Below are positions 1 to 8,631 of a stretch of DNA of 32,000 nucleotides, one piece after another. Every line of letters begins with the position of its first letter. Positions within the stretch are counted from its first letter, which is position 1. The translations under genes and the position numbers were made by a program. Source of the DNA: Candidatus Arthromitus sp. SFB-rat-Yit. Its GTDB lineage: Bacteria; Bacillota; Clostridia; Clostridiales; Clostridiaceae. The stretch lies in contig NC_016012.1 of assembly GCF_000283555.1 (NCBI RefSeq), forward strand, positions 961,012-993,011. Reading direction: 5' to 3'. The notes beneath the pieces were generated by a model that was not told the origin of the DNA, did no database searches, and saw only the letters and a list, made by a program, of their open reading frames with translations.

Positions 1-347
1 CCAGCAAGCTGTATTATTCGAACTCCTAGATCACTTGCGATATTAATAGCTTTCTCCATTATATCAAGAGATTTTTTTTGTATTTCTTTATCCAAATGTC
101 CTAAAGGGAATTTTCTATGAGCACTTAAACATATAGAGTTTATTTTTTGTCCACTCTCAAAAATATCATCTCTTAAAGACTTAATTTCATGAGAAGTCCA
201 TTCAAGTCTTTTTAATTTTTCATCAGTTTCATCAATGCTCATTTCCAAATAATCAAATCCAAATTCACGATTCAAAGTTAACTTATCAATCCAACTCAAA
301 TTTGATGGCATACTTTTTTCATACTGACCTAGCAAATAAGGTTTCAT
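1..347 (-). CDS. ulaE: L-ribulose-5-phosphate 3-epimerase (UlaE/SgbU family), N-terminal ~115 codons only; the gene continues past the left window edge
   Basis: Truncated, so absent from the ORF track. My own minus-strand translation from the ATG at 345-347 gives MKPYLLGQYEKSMPSNLSWIDKLTLNREFGFDYLEMSIDETDEKLKRLEW..ICLSAHRKFPLG..LGVRIIQLAG. This is collinear with my recollection of E. coli UlaE (..[40 protein letters not shown]). An RBS (GGGGTGA) lies about 6 nt upstream. Confidence 0.85.
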   Translation of the reverse strand, partial: MKPYLLGQYEKSMPSNLSWIDKLTLNREFGFDYLEMSIDETDEKLKRLEWTSHEIKSLRDDIFESGQKINSICLSAHRKFPLGHLDKEIQKKSLDIMEKAINIASDLGVRIIQLA

Positions 348-353
348 TTAAAA

Positions 354-1052
354 TCACCCCTGTCCATAATAAGAGTTTGGTCCATGTTTCCTCTTAAAAT
401 GTTTATTTAAAAGTACTGTATCCATTTTTTCTAATTTATTACCTGTTAATTGATTACTCAAATATGCCATATTTGCACATTCTTCAAGTACAACAGCATT
501 ATGAACTGCATCAAAAGCATCTTTACCCCAAGAAAAAGGTCCATGACTTTTAACAAGCACAGAAGGAACATGGTTCGCATCTATATTTCTTGTATTAAAA
601 GTTTCAACTATAACTTTTCCAGTTTCAGCTTCATACTCTCCATTTATCTCTTTTTCATTCATATCCCTTGTGCAAGGAATATCTCCATAAAAATAATCTG
701 CATGAGTAGTTCCCAAAGCTATTATATCTCTTCCAGCTTGTGCCCAAGCCGTAGCATATCTCGAATGAGTATGAACAACACCTCCCACATCTTTAAAATT
801 CTTATAAATTTCAATGTGAGTCATAAGGTCAGAACTAGGTTTTAAATTTCCTTCAATAACTTTACCATCCAAATCACAAACAACTATATCGCTTTCTTTC
901 ATAACCTCATAATCAACACCGCTAGGTTTTATTAAAACTAATCCAGTTTCCCTATCAATTGCAGAAACATTTCCCCAAGTCATAATTACAAGATTATATT
1001 TTGGCAATAATAAATTTGCCTCAAATACTTCTCTCTTTAAATTTTCTAACAC
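354..1052 (-). CDS. ulaF: L-ribulose-5-phosphate 4-epimerase (class II aldolase fold; AraD/UlaF/SgbE)
   Basis: 232 aa. The motifs ..[23 protein letters not shown].., ..[21 protein letters not shown].. and ..[14 protein letters not shown].. are typical of AraD-type epimerases. It lies within the ula operon. Confidence 0.9.
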   Translation of the reverse strand: MLENLKREVFEANLLLPKYNLVIMTWGNVSAIDRETGLVLIKPSGVDYEVMKESDIVVCDLDGKVIEGNLKPSSDLMTHIEIYKNFKDVGGVVHTHSRYATAWAQAGRDIIALGTTHADYFYGDIPCTRDMNEKEINGEYEAETGKVIVETFNTRNIDANHVPSVLVKSHGPFSWGKDAFDAVHNAVVLEECANMAYLSNQLTGNKLEKMDTVLLNKHFKRKHGPNSYYGQG

Positions 1053-1064
1053 AATAACCCCTCC

Positions 1065-2099
1065 TTAATCTTCAACAATATAAACAACAGCCTCATTTGC
1101 AGTGTGGTTTGCACTCAAAATCAAATCCCTATTACCTTCATTTACTAAATGCAGATTTGCAGGACCTACACCCTTGTCTATTATATTAGTAACAAATTTT
1201 CCATCAACATATTGAACATAAAATAACTCAGCATCTATACGTCTAACTCCTGCAATAAATGTTGGAACACCTCTCAAGGTTCCAGATGTAAGTGAATGTG
1301 CAAAATCAATTTCATTCTCATAAGTATAAACTTTTTTATACTCTCCATCTATCATCTTGTGAATATGAATTTTGTTTCCGTGAAATGCCTCTATTGTCAT
1401 AATTTCCTTAACTCCATCATTATCAATATCGATTAAAGAAACCTCTCCAACCATTCCATCCATAACTTTCTCCACACTCCACTCACCTCCTAAATTTTTA
1501 GGTGGCTTAACCTTATAAAGACCATCATCACAACCAAAGTAACCGCAAACACTTCCATCTGAATCATAATCTCTAGAATATCCATGATTTCTGAACATTC
1601 CATCTCTTAAAACTTCAACTTTCAATTCTTCTTCTGGACTTTCTGGGAGAACTCCTACATAAATTTTCCCAGCACGACTCCAATCCTCTTTGTTATCTTT
1701 TAATTCAGCTATAGTTGCAACTATAAAATAATTCACATCTCCAACTCTATAAATATCAAATCTATGAATATATGGGATTTGTAAAATATCTTTATATTCC
1801 CACTTCCCATCAACAAGTTTTCCCCAAACAACCTTAGCAAGAGATGGTGAAACTTTCATATAAAATTCTTGAATTGCAAGGAACTCTTTTTCCTTATTTG
1901 GTATCGGGATAAGTGACATACATCCCCCTGCCTTTTTCCAAAGCTCGCAATCAAATTCAAAATTTTCTCCCTTAAAACTTTCACAAATAACATCAGGATC
2001 TTCACTTGCAAAAATGTAATGATTTACACCATCATAATTCATGCTACTAACTGCATAACATCTTTTGATATCATCTAACTTCTTTTTAGTAATCTTCAT
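1065..2099 (-). CDS. hypothetical protein, possibly beta-propeller/FG-GAP-like, embedded in the ascorbate operon
   Basis: Long ORF. AAGGAG lies 8 nt upstream of the ATG at 2099, and the track start at 2108 is a GTG inside the RBS spacer. The segment IDIDNDGVKEIMTIEAFHG resembles an FG-GAP/VCBS Ca-binding turn, and strand-like hydrophobic runs repeat along the protein. No family is recognised with confidence. Confidence 0.7.
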   Translation of the reverse strand: MKITKKKLDDIKRCYAVSSMNYDGVNHYIFASEDPDVICESFKGENFEFDCELWKKAGGCMSLIPIPNKEKEFLAIQEFYMKVSPSLAKVVWGKLVDGKWEYKDILQIPYIHRFDIYRVGDVNYFIVATIAELKDNKEDWSRAGKIYVGVLPESPEEELKVEVLRDGMFRNHGYSRDYDSDGSVCGYFGCDDGLYKVKPPKNLGGEWSVEKVMDGMVGEVSLIDIDNDGVKEIMTIEAFHGNKIHIHKMIDGEYKKVYTYENEIDFAHSLTSGTLRGVPTFIAGVRRIDAELFYVQYVDGKFVTNIIDKGVGPANLHLVNEGNRDLILSANHTANEAVVYIVED

Positions 2100-2158
2100 T
2101 TTAAACACTCCTTAACAATTTTCAGATACAAGAAAAGCTACCTTTACGGTAGCCTTAA

Positions 2159-2458
2159 TTATTTTATACCAGCACCAAGTAAAGACTCTTCAATTTCCTT
2201 TACTGACATAACGTTTTTCAATCCAACAATTTTTGTTCCTTTTTTCTCTGCATCTTGAAACATTGGAACAAAGTTCTTAGAACATAATACGACGTCATAT
2301 TGTGATGCTAATGATTTCCCTTCTGATATTGCACAATGGTAAATTGATTGAACATCTAAACCAATTTTTTTAACAACCTTCTCAACATTTAATTTTATCA
2401 TCATACTAGTTCCTGCACCATTTCCACAACAAACTAGCAATTTTAATTTTCCTGCCAT
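2159..2458 (-). CDS. ulaB: PTS ascorbate-family EIIB component
   Basis: KLLVCCGNGAGTSMMIKLNVEK matches the phospho-cysteine loop of UlaB/SgaB (..AVCGNGQGSSMI..). GAGGTG lies 6 nt before the ATG at 2458, and the track start at 2467 is a GTG inside the RBS. Confidence 0.85.
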   Translation of the reverse strand: MAGKLKLLVCCGNGAGTSMMIKLNVEKVVKKIGLDVQSIYHCAISEGKSLASQYDVVLCSKNFVPMFQDAEKKGTKIVGLKNVMSVKEIEESLLGAGIK

Positions 2459-2472
2459 AATATACACCTCAA

Positions 2473-3927
2473 TTATTTATTAGTCTTTTCTTTATAAGCT
2501 TCCCAATCTTCAACAATCAAGAAATAAGTATCTGGTCTTTTACGATATTGAAGCTGTGGAATAATAATTAGAATTAGAACAACTATAGCTATTCCAATAT
2601 ATCCAGCAAACTTCATAATAACTGTAAATATTGGCCATACAGTAGCCCAGTCAAACATTCCTATATATCCTCCAAATGCCGCAAGTCCAACCCATCCTGC
2701 AATAAGAGCTGAGCCAAATACTTGTATAAGTCCAGATATAAATGGAAATAACATCGCTGCTCTTATTCCTCCGCGGTTATCTGCATAAACAGCTATTACC
2801 GCATTATCAAAGAATAAAGGCACAAATCCCGCGATAATAAGCGTTGGAGATTTAATAAGTAAAAGGATTAAAATAGCCAAAAATTGTCCTAATGCTCCCA
2901 TAATAAATCCAACAGTTACTGCATTAGAAGAACCAAATCCAAACACTGCAGCACAATCGATTCCTGGAACAGATCCTGGTAAGAATGAATTTGAAATTCC
3001 TTGGAAAGATTGAGTAAGTTCTGTTACAAACGTCCTAACTCCAAGTTGCAATATCGATAAATAAACTGCAAAGTTTAATGAAGTTGTTAATGTATAGAAG
3101 AAGAAATTATCACTCGCACTAAGGAATTGAGATTGAACTAAATAATCTTTTCCCAAAACTGCAAGTATAATTCCAAAGAACACGAACATTAAACATGAAG
3201 TCGCAACTATATTTTCATTAAATATTGATAAAAATCCTGGAAACTTTATGTCATCAAGTTTCTTACCGTCGGCTCTCTTAAGTTTCTCTGCGAGTTTTGA
3301 GAAAATAGCTATTCCAAACATTTGTTGGTGAGCTATACAAAACCCTCCACCATCAGTTAATTCTTGAGTAATCTCAACTGTTAAGTTTGAACCAACAGCC
3401 CAGTAAAGTCCCAATATAATTCCCATTGTTATAAGTATCCAAACATCATTTAAAAATGGGAAACAAAATAGTATAAGCCAAAAAGCAGTTGATGCCTGTT
3501 GTACTTGAACGTGACCTGTTGTAAATACCGCTCTCATTTTTGTATATTTTTTAAATTTAACCAACAATAAATTCATTATAAAAGCAATCAACAACAATAT
3601 TAAAACATTAGAAAAAGTTCTACCAAAAACTGGTGACAAACCTGCATTTACAGCATTCTGTCCAAAATAAGGATCAATAACAGCTGCACTTAAATTAAAT
3701 CTCTCTTTAAGTCCAACAAGAATTGGTCTAAAATTATTTACAAGTCCTGATGATCCAACCGATAAGATCATATATCCAACGGTAGCTTTTATAAAACCAG
3801 AAAATGCATCATATACAGGTTTTTTTAACAATAAATAACCAATTAAAACCATAAAACCTATAAGATAAGCTGGCTTAGTTAAAATATTGTTCGCAAAAAA
3901 TTCCCAAATACCAATTAAAAATTCCAT
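2473..3927 (-). CDS. ulaA: PTS ascorbate-family EIIC permease (UlaA/SgaT)
   Basis: 484-aa polytopic membrane protein. It is collinear with remembered E. coli UlaA blocks (..IGYLLLKK.., ..TGHVQVQQA.., ..LYWAVGSN.., ..TDGGGFCIAHQQMF.., ..GVRTFVTELTQSFQGIS.., ..IDCAAVF..). Confidence 0.9.
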   Translation of the reverse strand: MEFLIGIWEFFANNILTKPAYLIGFMVLIGYLLLKKPVYDAFSGFIKATVGYMILSVGSSGLVNNFRPILVGLKERFNLSAAVIDPYFGQNAVNAGLSPVFGRTFSNVLILLLIAFIMNLLLVKFKKYTKMRAVFTTGHVQVQQASTAFWLILFCFPFLNDVWILITMGIILGLYWAVGSNLTVEITQELTDGGGFCIAHQQMFGIAIFSKLAEKLKRADGKKLDDIKFPGFLSIFNENIVATSCLMFVFFGIILAVLGKDYLVQSQFLSASDNFFFYTLTTSLNFAVYLSILQLGVRTFVTELTQSFQGISNSFLPGSVPGIDCAAVFGFGSSNAVTVGFIMGALGQFLAILILLLIKSPTLIIAGFVPLFFDNAVIAVYADNRGGIRAAMLFPFISGLIQVFGSALIAGWVGLAAFGGYIGMFDWATVWPIFTVIMKFAGYIGIAIVVLILIIIPQLQYRKRPDTYFLIVEDWEAYKEKTNK

Positions 3928-3937
3928 AATAATACTC

Positions 3938-4399
3938 CTATTTGTATTTATCTACAATTTTTCGGAACTCCTGTTCATTATCAGCCTCTAAAAGTTCTGA
4001 TACCAATTCTTCATTTTCCAATACTTCCATTAAACCTTGTAAATTTTTAATGTGCTCCTCGTTATCCCGTATTGAAAGTGAAAAAAATAATCGTGCCTGC
4101 TTTTCACTATCATTGGGATCAAATATTACTGGTTTTTTCACTTTCATGAAAGCTATACTAGTTTCTTTACACCAATCTTCATTTACATTTGAATGGGGCA
4201 TCGCTATATCTTTCATAAGAACGATATAAGGTCCATATTCTTCTACACTTTTAATAACAGCATCTACATAAAAATCGTTTACAATTCCATTTTTAAGAAA
4301 CGGAACATAACTAGCTTTAATTGCTTCTCTCCAATCGTCAAAACTTTCATGAAATGAATAATAAGATTTATCTAATATTTTTTTTAGCACTAAAATCAT
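3938..4399 (-). CDS. ulaC: PTS EIIA component (EIIA-2 / mannitol-fructose-ascorbate type)
   Basis: 153 aa. GPYIVLMKDIAMPHS matches the UlaC active-site His region (GPYFVLAPGLAMPHG). It lies between ulaG and the EIIC gene. Confidence 0.85.
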   Translation of the reverse strand: MILVLKKILDKSYYSFHESFDDWREAIKASYVPFLKNGIVNDFYVDAVIKSVEEYGPYIVLMKDIAMPHSNVNEDWCKETSIAFMKVKKPVIFDPNDSEKQARLFFSLSIRDNEEHIKNLQGLMEVLENEELVSELLEADNEQEFRKIVDKYK

Positions 4400-4402
4400 C
4401 TC

Positions 4403-5461
4403 CTATAAAATTGAACGGAATGGAACGTTAGGTTCATCTGTGAAACAATCTTCAAAACCTCTTCTATAATGATACTGACGCTTATCTTTATCATTTGGAT
4501 AAATAAATTTTCCTCCAACATCCCAAATAAATGGTTTAAACTTATATTGAAGTACATCTTTCTTGTACTCATAAAGCATATTAACTTCTTGAGGATCAGC
4601 TTTAAAATTAGTCCAAACATCATAATGGAAAGGAATTACAACCTTGCATTGAAGTGCTTCAGCCATACGCAATACGTCAATTGATGTCATTTTATCTTGA
4701 TTTCCAATAGGATTTTCCCCAAAAGATCCAAGAGCAACGTCTATTTCATAATCTTTCCCATGTTTTGCGTAATACACAGAATAATGTGAATCTCCACTAT
4801 GGTATATACTTCCAGCATCAGTCTTTATTAAATAGTTAACAGCTTTTTCATCCATATCAGTTGGACAAACTCCTCTGATATCTTCATCAGCAGTAACCAA
4901 ACAAGTTCTATCAAAACTATCTAAAACTACAATTTCAACCTCATTTATCTTAACTACATCACCAGGTTTAACTTCAACACATCTATCAGCAGGCACTCCA
5001 TAAGAAAGCCACTTCTCTATACATTTTTTAGGTCCAATGAATGGAACTTTTTTCTCAACATTTTTCATAACTGCAGCTGCATAAAAAGGATCTATATGAT
5101 CGTTATGGTAATGTGTGGATAAAACTGCATCAACATTTTTAACAGCAAATGGATCAAATACAATTGGAGCTGCCCTTAAATTAGGCTGAGTTGCTCTACC
5201 ACCCGTCATATTTCTCATTTGATGATACTTATCCATTTCTTTAACTTTTTTACTTCTTTTACCATTTCCAAACCATAAATCGATTGAGATATTAGTATTT
5301 TGATGAGTTTTAACCCAAATACCTGTACACCCAATCCACCACATTGCAAATGTTCCTTTTTCTACAACTTCTTCATCTATCTCTTCATTAAGCCAAGTTC
5401 CCCACTCAGGAAATGCCCCAAGTATCCAAGACTCTCTAGTTATTTCATCTATCTTACTCAA
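4403..5461 (-). CDS. ulaG: L-ascorbate-6-phosphate lactonase (metallo-beta-lactamase fold)
   Basis: Near full-length collinearity with remembered E. coli UlaG ([28 protein letters not shown] = HxHx[43 protein letters not shown]). The TTG at 5459-5461 gives [12 protein letters not shown], matching E. coli MSKVKSITRESW, and is preceded by AGGGGTG plus 6 nt. The track start (ATG at 5479) is probably 6 codons too long. Confidence 0.92.
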   Translation of the reverse strand: MSKIDEITRESWILGAFPEWGTWLNEEIDEEVVEKGTFAMWWIGCTGIWVKTHQNTNISIDLWFGNGKRSKKVKEMDKYHQMRNMTGGRATQPNLRAAPIVFDPFAVKNVDAVLSTHYHNDHIDPFYAAAVMKNVEKKVPFIGPKKCIEKWLSYGVPADRCVEVKPGDVVKINEVEIVVLDSFDRTCLVTADEDIRGVCPTDMDEKAVNYLIKTDAGSIYHSGDSHYSVYYAKHGKDYEIDVALGSFGENPIGNQDKMTSIDVLRMAEALQCKVVIPFHYDVWTNFKADPQEVNMLYEYKKDVLQYKFKPFIWDVGGKFIYPNDKDKRQYHYRRGFEDCFTDEPNVPFRSIL

Positions 5462-5490
5462 TTTAAACACCCCTAACATTTATTATATAT

Positions 5491-5519
5491 ATTTTAAATT
5501 TACTATAAGACATTGTCTA
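5491..5519 (-). promoter_or_regulatory. candidate sigma-A promoter of the ula operon
   Basis: The minus strand reads TAGACA (5514-5519), a 17-nt spacer, then TAAAAT (5491-5496), about 25 nt upstream of the ulaG RBS. Confidence 0.45.
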
Positions 5520-5522
5520 AAT

Positions 5523-5581
5523 TCAATTGTTTTTAAGAACATTTTTATTTTTATATGATCATTTTTATTTAATCAATTGTT
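5523..5581. promoter_or_regulatory. repeat cluster in the divergent ulaG/regulator control region (candidate operator)
   Basis: An exact 11-mer CATTTTTATTT occurs at 5540-5550 and 5560-5570, 20 nt apart. It is flanked by an exact 9-mer TCAATTGTT at 5523-5531 and 5573-5581, which contains the palindrome CAATTG. Confidence 0.35.
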
Positions 5582-5600
5582 AATAATAATATAATAATAT

Positions 5601-5631
5601 TTGACAAACCATAATTTTAAACAGTTATAAT
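5601..5631 (+). promoter_or_regulatory. candidate sigma-A promoter of the DeoR regulator gene
   Basis: TTGACA (5601-5606) and TATAAT (5626-5631) are both perfect hexamers, but the spacer is 19 nt. The alternative TTATAA gives an 18-nt spacer. Confidence 0.45.
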
Positions 5632-5687
5632 AAAATTAATCATAAGTGCAATGGTACAATTATTTATTTGATAAAGTGGTGAGTATT

Positions 5688-6434
5688 TTGAAAATATCCA
5701 AGAAAATAATCAATACTCGTAGAGGCAAAATACTAATGGAAATACAAACCTCCGACAAAGTATTCGTAAACACTCTTTCTAAAAAACTTAAAGTATCCCC
5801 TCTAACAATTAGACGTGATTTACAAGTACTTGAAGACAATGGTTTTATTGAGAGATTCTATGGAGGTGCAAAATTTAAAAACAAAAATTTATACATAAAA
5901 GAAAGGAAGGATTATATTGATTCAATCGCAAAAATAGCTTCAAATTATGTTGAGGATAATGATATTATTTTTGTAAACACTAGTAAAATAACTTTAAAAA
6001 TGCTTGAATATATACACAATAAAAATGTAAATGTTATCACAAATAACGCAAACGCTATACTCATAAATAATCCAAACATATCAGTTATTTTAACTGGCGG
6101 TGATTTAAACACAAACAAAAAATCATTAACTGGTGAACTTGCAGTTAGAACATTGAATAATATTATTGCCACTAAATGCTTTCTTGGATGCAGTGGAATC
6201 ACTACAAATGGATTTACCTCAATAATCCCACAAGAAGCCTGCGTAAATGAATGCATGATTAAAAGATGTATTGGAAATGTATTTATCTTAGCCGAAACTT
6301 CAAAAATCGGACGTGAATGTAACTTTTTAAGTGGTACGATAAATATGATAAATACTTTAATAACTGACTCTTCTCCATCCGATGAACTCATAAATATCCA
6401 AAAAAAGGGTATAAAAATAATTTATTCCCATTAA
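5688..6434 (+). CDS. ulaR: DeoR-family transcriptional regulator (UlaR-like), divergent from the ula operon
   Basis: The N-terminal HTH is ..RRGKILMEIQTSDKVFVNTLSKKLKVSPLTIRRDLQVLEDNGFIERFYGGA.. and is followed by a DeoR C-terminal sugar-phosphate sensor-like domain. The likely start is the TTG at 5688, after GGTGAG. The track start (GTG at 5646) adds 14 non-conserved residues. The symbol is assigned from context only. Confidence 0.75.
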   Translation: MKISKKIINTRRGKILMEIQTSDKVFVNTLSKKLKVSPLTIRRDLQVLEDNGFIERFYGGAKFKNKNLYIKERKDYIDSIAKIASNYVEDNDIIFVNTSKITLKMLEYIHNKNVNVITNNANAILINNPNISVILTGGDLNTNKKSLTGELAVRTLNNIIATKCFLGCSGITTNGFTSIIPQEACVNECMIKRCIGNVFILAETSKIGRECNFLSGTINMINTLITDSSPSDELINIQKKGIKIIYSH

Positions 6435-6442
6435 AAACACCA

Positions 6443-6473
6443 AAAAGAGTATTTGAAAAACAAATACTCTTTT
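6443..6473. terminator. bidirectional rho-independent terminator between convergent genes
   Basis: A perfect 13-bp stem (AAAAGAGTATTTG / CAAATACTCTTTT) has a 5-nt loop. An A-run lies on one side and a T-run on the other. Confidence 0.8.
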
Positions 6474-6484
6474 AATTTATAATT

Positions 6485-6745
6485 TTATTTTTTCCATCTC
6501 TTAATTTTAGTTTTTCCATCTTTAGTGCTAGAAATTTTTTGTACAAAGCCCTTAACTTGATCAAAAATATCCATTGCTATCTTTTTGTTATTTTCATTTG
6601 TAACAACTGCTTTTGCTTTTCTAAAAATTTCTTTTACAGAAAATTTATCATATCCTATGGTATGAACAACATTTCTCTTTGGTTTTTTCTTAGATTTACT
6701 ATCGATGATTTTCCTTAACTCAGATATATCAAATTTAAAATTCAT
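6485..6745 (-). CDS. small lysine-rich hypothetical protein (86 aa), co-transcribed with cutC
   Basis: GAGGAG RBS lies 9 nt before the ATG. The gene starts 15 nt downstream of the cutC stop. No family is recognised. Confidence 0.6.
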   Translation of the reverse strand: MNFKFDISELRKIIDSKSKKKPKRNVVHTIGYDKFSVKEIFRKAKAVVTNENNKKIAMDIFDQVKGFVQKISSTKDGKTKIKRWKK

Positions 6746-6760
6746 AACTATACTTCTCCT

Positions 6761-7519
6761 CTATTTTTCAGAGTAATTATTTAAAATATTTTTTGCTTTT
6801 CTTATCTCATCTTCGTTCGTTACCCACAATTCATATTCACTTAACCCTTGTACACCCATACTCACATTGCTATTTCTAAATTTCATTCCACTATCCAAAA
6901 CCTGTTTAGCTGACATATGAAACGCTTTAACTTTGGTTTTCAATAAAAATTCCTTCATCACATCTGTATTCATACCTGAACCTGCCATTATAGAAATTTT
7001 ACCACTCGATTTTTCATTCAAATTATTTATTAAATCAATTCCATTTAAACAATTATTTTGTTGCCCAGAAGTCAAAATTGTATGAATTCCAAGATCTATT
7101 GATTGATTCAACACTTCAAATGGATCTCGACAAACATCAAAAGCTCTATGAAGTACGATATTTATATTCCCACTAACTTCCTTTATCTCTTTCATAAAAT
7201 CATAATCAAGTTCCCCATTACTTTTTAATGCTCCTACAACAATTCCATCAGCTCCAGCATCACGAAATAGTTCGACCTCATATTTCATAATATTTTTTTC
7301 ATAATTTGTATATAAAAAATCTCCAAATCTAGGTCTTAAAAGAACATGGATAGGTATATTAGATATCTTTCTAATTTCTTTAAACAAGAATATACTCGGA
7401 CTCGTCCCCCCAATTATCAAATTCGCACAAAGCTCTAGTCTATCTGCACCGCCATTTATTGCATTTATAGCTGATTCAACACTATCAATACAACACTCCA
7501 AAATAAATTTATTTTTCAT
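6761..7519 (-). CDS. cutC: CutC-family copper homeostasis protein (TIM barrel)
   Basis: 252 aa. ILECCIDSVESAINAINGGADRLELC..GGTSPS, ..RPRFGDFLY.., ..HRAFD.. and ..ILTSGQ.. are collinear with remembered E. coli CutC ([51 protein letters not shown]). Confidence 0.9.
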   Translation of the reverse strand: MKNKFILECCIDSVESAINAINGGADRLELCANLIIGGTSPSIFLFKEIRKISNIPIHVLLRPRFGDFLYTNYEKNIMKYEVELFRDAGADGIVVGALKSNGELDYDFMKEIKEVSGNINIVLHRAFDVCRDPFEVLNQSIDLGIHTILTSGQQNNCLNGIDLINNLNEKSSGKISIMAGSGMNTDVMKEFLLKTKVKAFHMSAKQVLDSGMKFRNSNVSMGVQGLSEYELWVTNEDEIRKAKNILNNYSEK

Positions 7520-7560
7520 GTAAAAGCCCTCTCACAATTAAAGATATCATTAATAATAAG

Positions 7561-7593
7561 ATACTTTAAAATGAGGATGTTTTAAAGTATAAT
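7561..7593. promoter_or_regulatory. perfect 11-bp inverted repeat overlapping a candidate -10 box
   Basis: ATACTTTAAAA (7561-7571), an 8-nt spacer, then TTTTAAAGTAT (7580-7590). TATAAT at 7588-7593 overlaps the right arm. The site lies between divergent cutC and the DUF454 gene. Confidence 0.35.
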
Positions 7594-7629
7594 TTAAATT
7601 AAAATTATATAATTTTGAGGTCACAATAC

Positions 7630-7986
7630 ATGAAATATATTTATATATTCTTAGGGGGTTTATTTTTTATAATTGGAGTAATTGGAATAGCTCTACCTTT
7701 AATACCAACAACTCCCCTATTTCTATTAACACTAGTTTGTTTTACAAAATCTTCTCCCAAACTTGAAAAAAAATTTATCGAATCTAAATTCTACAAAAAA
7801 TATCTAGAAGACTTCATGAAAAATAAAAGACTTCCTCTAAAACGCAAAATATTTTTGTTATGTTTGGCTACAACCATGATGTCTTTTCCCTTAATAATAC
7901 TTGATAACCTAATAATTAAACTTATAGTTATAATACTACTTGCATATCTTTATTACTATTTTTTATTCAAAATAAAAAATTATTGA
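7630..7986 (+). CDS. DUF454 (YbaN-like) inner-membrane protein
   Basis: MKYIYIFLGGLFFIIGVIGIALPLIPTTPLFLLTLVCFTKSSPK aligns with E. coli YbaN (..[38 protein letters not shown]..). GAGG lies 9 nt before the ATG at 7630, and the track start at 7615 is a TTG upstream of the RBS. Confidence 0.85.
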   Translation: MKYIYIFLGGLFFIIGVIGIALPLIPTTPLFLLTLVCFTKSSPKLEKKFIESKFYKKYLEDFMKNKRLPLKRKIFLLCLATTMMSFPLIILDNLIIKLIVIILLAYLYYYFLFKIKNY

Positions 7987-8042
7987 GACCATAATTCTTT
8001 TAATGTATAATTAGGAATATAGTAAATTTAAGGAGGTTAATG

Positions 8043-8477
8043 ATGTTAGATTTTAAAGTTAAAAGTATAATAAAAGACTGCGTTCCAGTATTAAGAGAAC
8101 GTGGAGTTGAATTAACAGAAAATTTTTATGATTTAATGTTCACCAACAATCCAGAAGTTAGACCTCTTTTTGATGAAGATAGACAAAAAAGTGGTAAACA
8201 AGCTAAAGCCTTAGCTGCTTCGCTTCTTGCGGTTGCTCAAAATATCGATGACTTAGAAAAAATTCTTCCAACTGTTAAAAAAATTGGAGAATCTCATGTT
8301 AAAGCAAAAGTTTTACCTGAACACTACCCAATAGTTGGAAAAAATCTCTTATTAGCAATCAAAAAAACTTTAGGTGATGCTGCAACAGATGATGTTATTA
8401 ATGCATTTTCTGAAGTTTACACATATATTTCTAAAATATTTATAGACGTAGAAAAGGAACTTTATAATAATCTTTAA
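8043..8477 (+). CDS. single-domain bacterial haemoglobin (flavohaemoglobin-type globin domain without reductase domain)
   Basis: Collinear with the remembered Hmp N-terminal domain. It conserves TyrB10 (NFYDLMF), GlnE7 (GKQAKAL), proximal His (GESHVKAK), Tyr (PEHYPIVG) and Glu (DVEKELY). AGGAGG is at 8031-8036. ATGs at 8040 and 8043 are both possible, and 8043 has the better spacing. Confidence 0.88.
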   Translation: MLDFKVKSIIKDCVPVLRERGVELTENFYDLMFTNNPEVRPLFDEDRQKSGKQAKALAASLLAVAQNIDDLEKILPTVKKIGESHVKAKVLPEHYPIVGKNLLLAIKKTLGDAATDDVINAFSEVYTYISKIFIDVEKELYNNL

Positions 8478-8485
8478 CATAGTAA

Positions 8486-8533
8486 AGAGGAACAATTAAT
8501 TATTTTTATTAATTGTTCCTCTTATCATTTTTT
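8486..8533 (+). terminator. rho-independent terminator after the globin gene
   Basis: A perfect 15-bp stem (AGAGGAACAATTAAT / ATTAATTGTTCCTCT) has a 7-nt loop and is followed by TATCATTTTTT. Confidence 0.85.
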
Positions 8534-8545
8534 AGACAATTAAAG

Positions 8546-8574
8546 TTGTATTGAATATCTTTTTGTTGTAAAAT
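8546..8574 (+). promoter_or_regulatory. candidate sigma-A promoter for the 8632-10574 operon
   Basis: TTGTAT (8546-8551), a 17-nt spacer, then TAAAAT (8569-8574). Confidence 0.35.
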
Positions 8575-8631
8575 CCAAAATATAAATAAACAATTACCTA
8601 ATTTTTTTTAAATATAAGGGGGATACACATA

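Noticed and set aside
450-845. A plus-strand 131-aa ORF antisense to ulaF. The same reasoning applies to 3942-4229 (+), 4396-4623 (-), 4469-4684 (+), 5945-6391 (-), 9524-9745 (-) and 17847-18119 (+).
   Set aside because: Each overlaps a confidently identified gene on the other strand or in another frame, and none has a ribosome-binding site or family resemblance.
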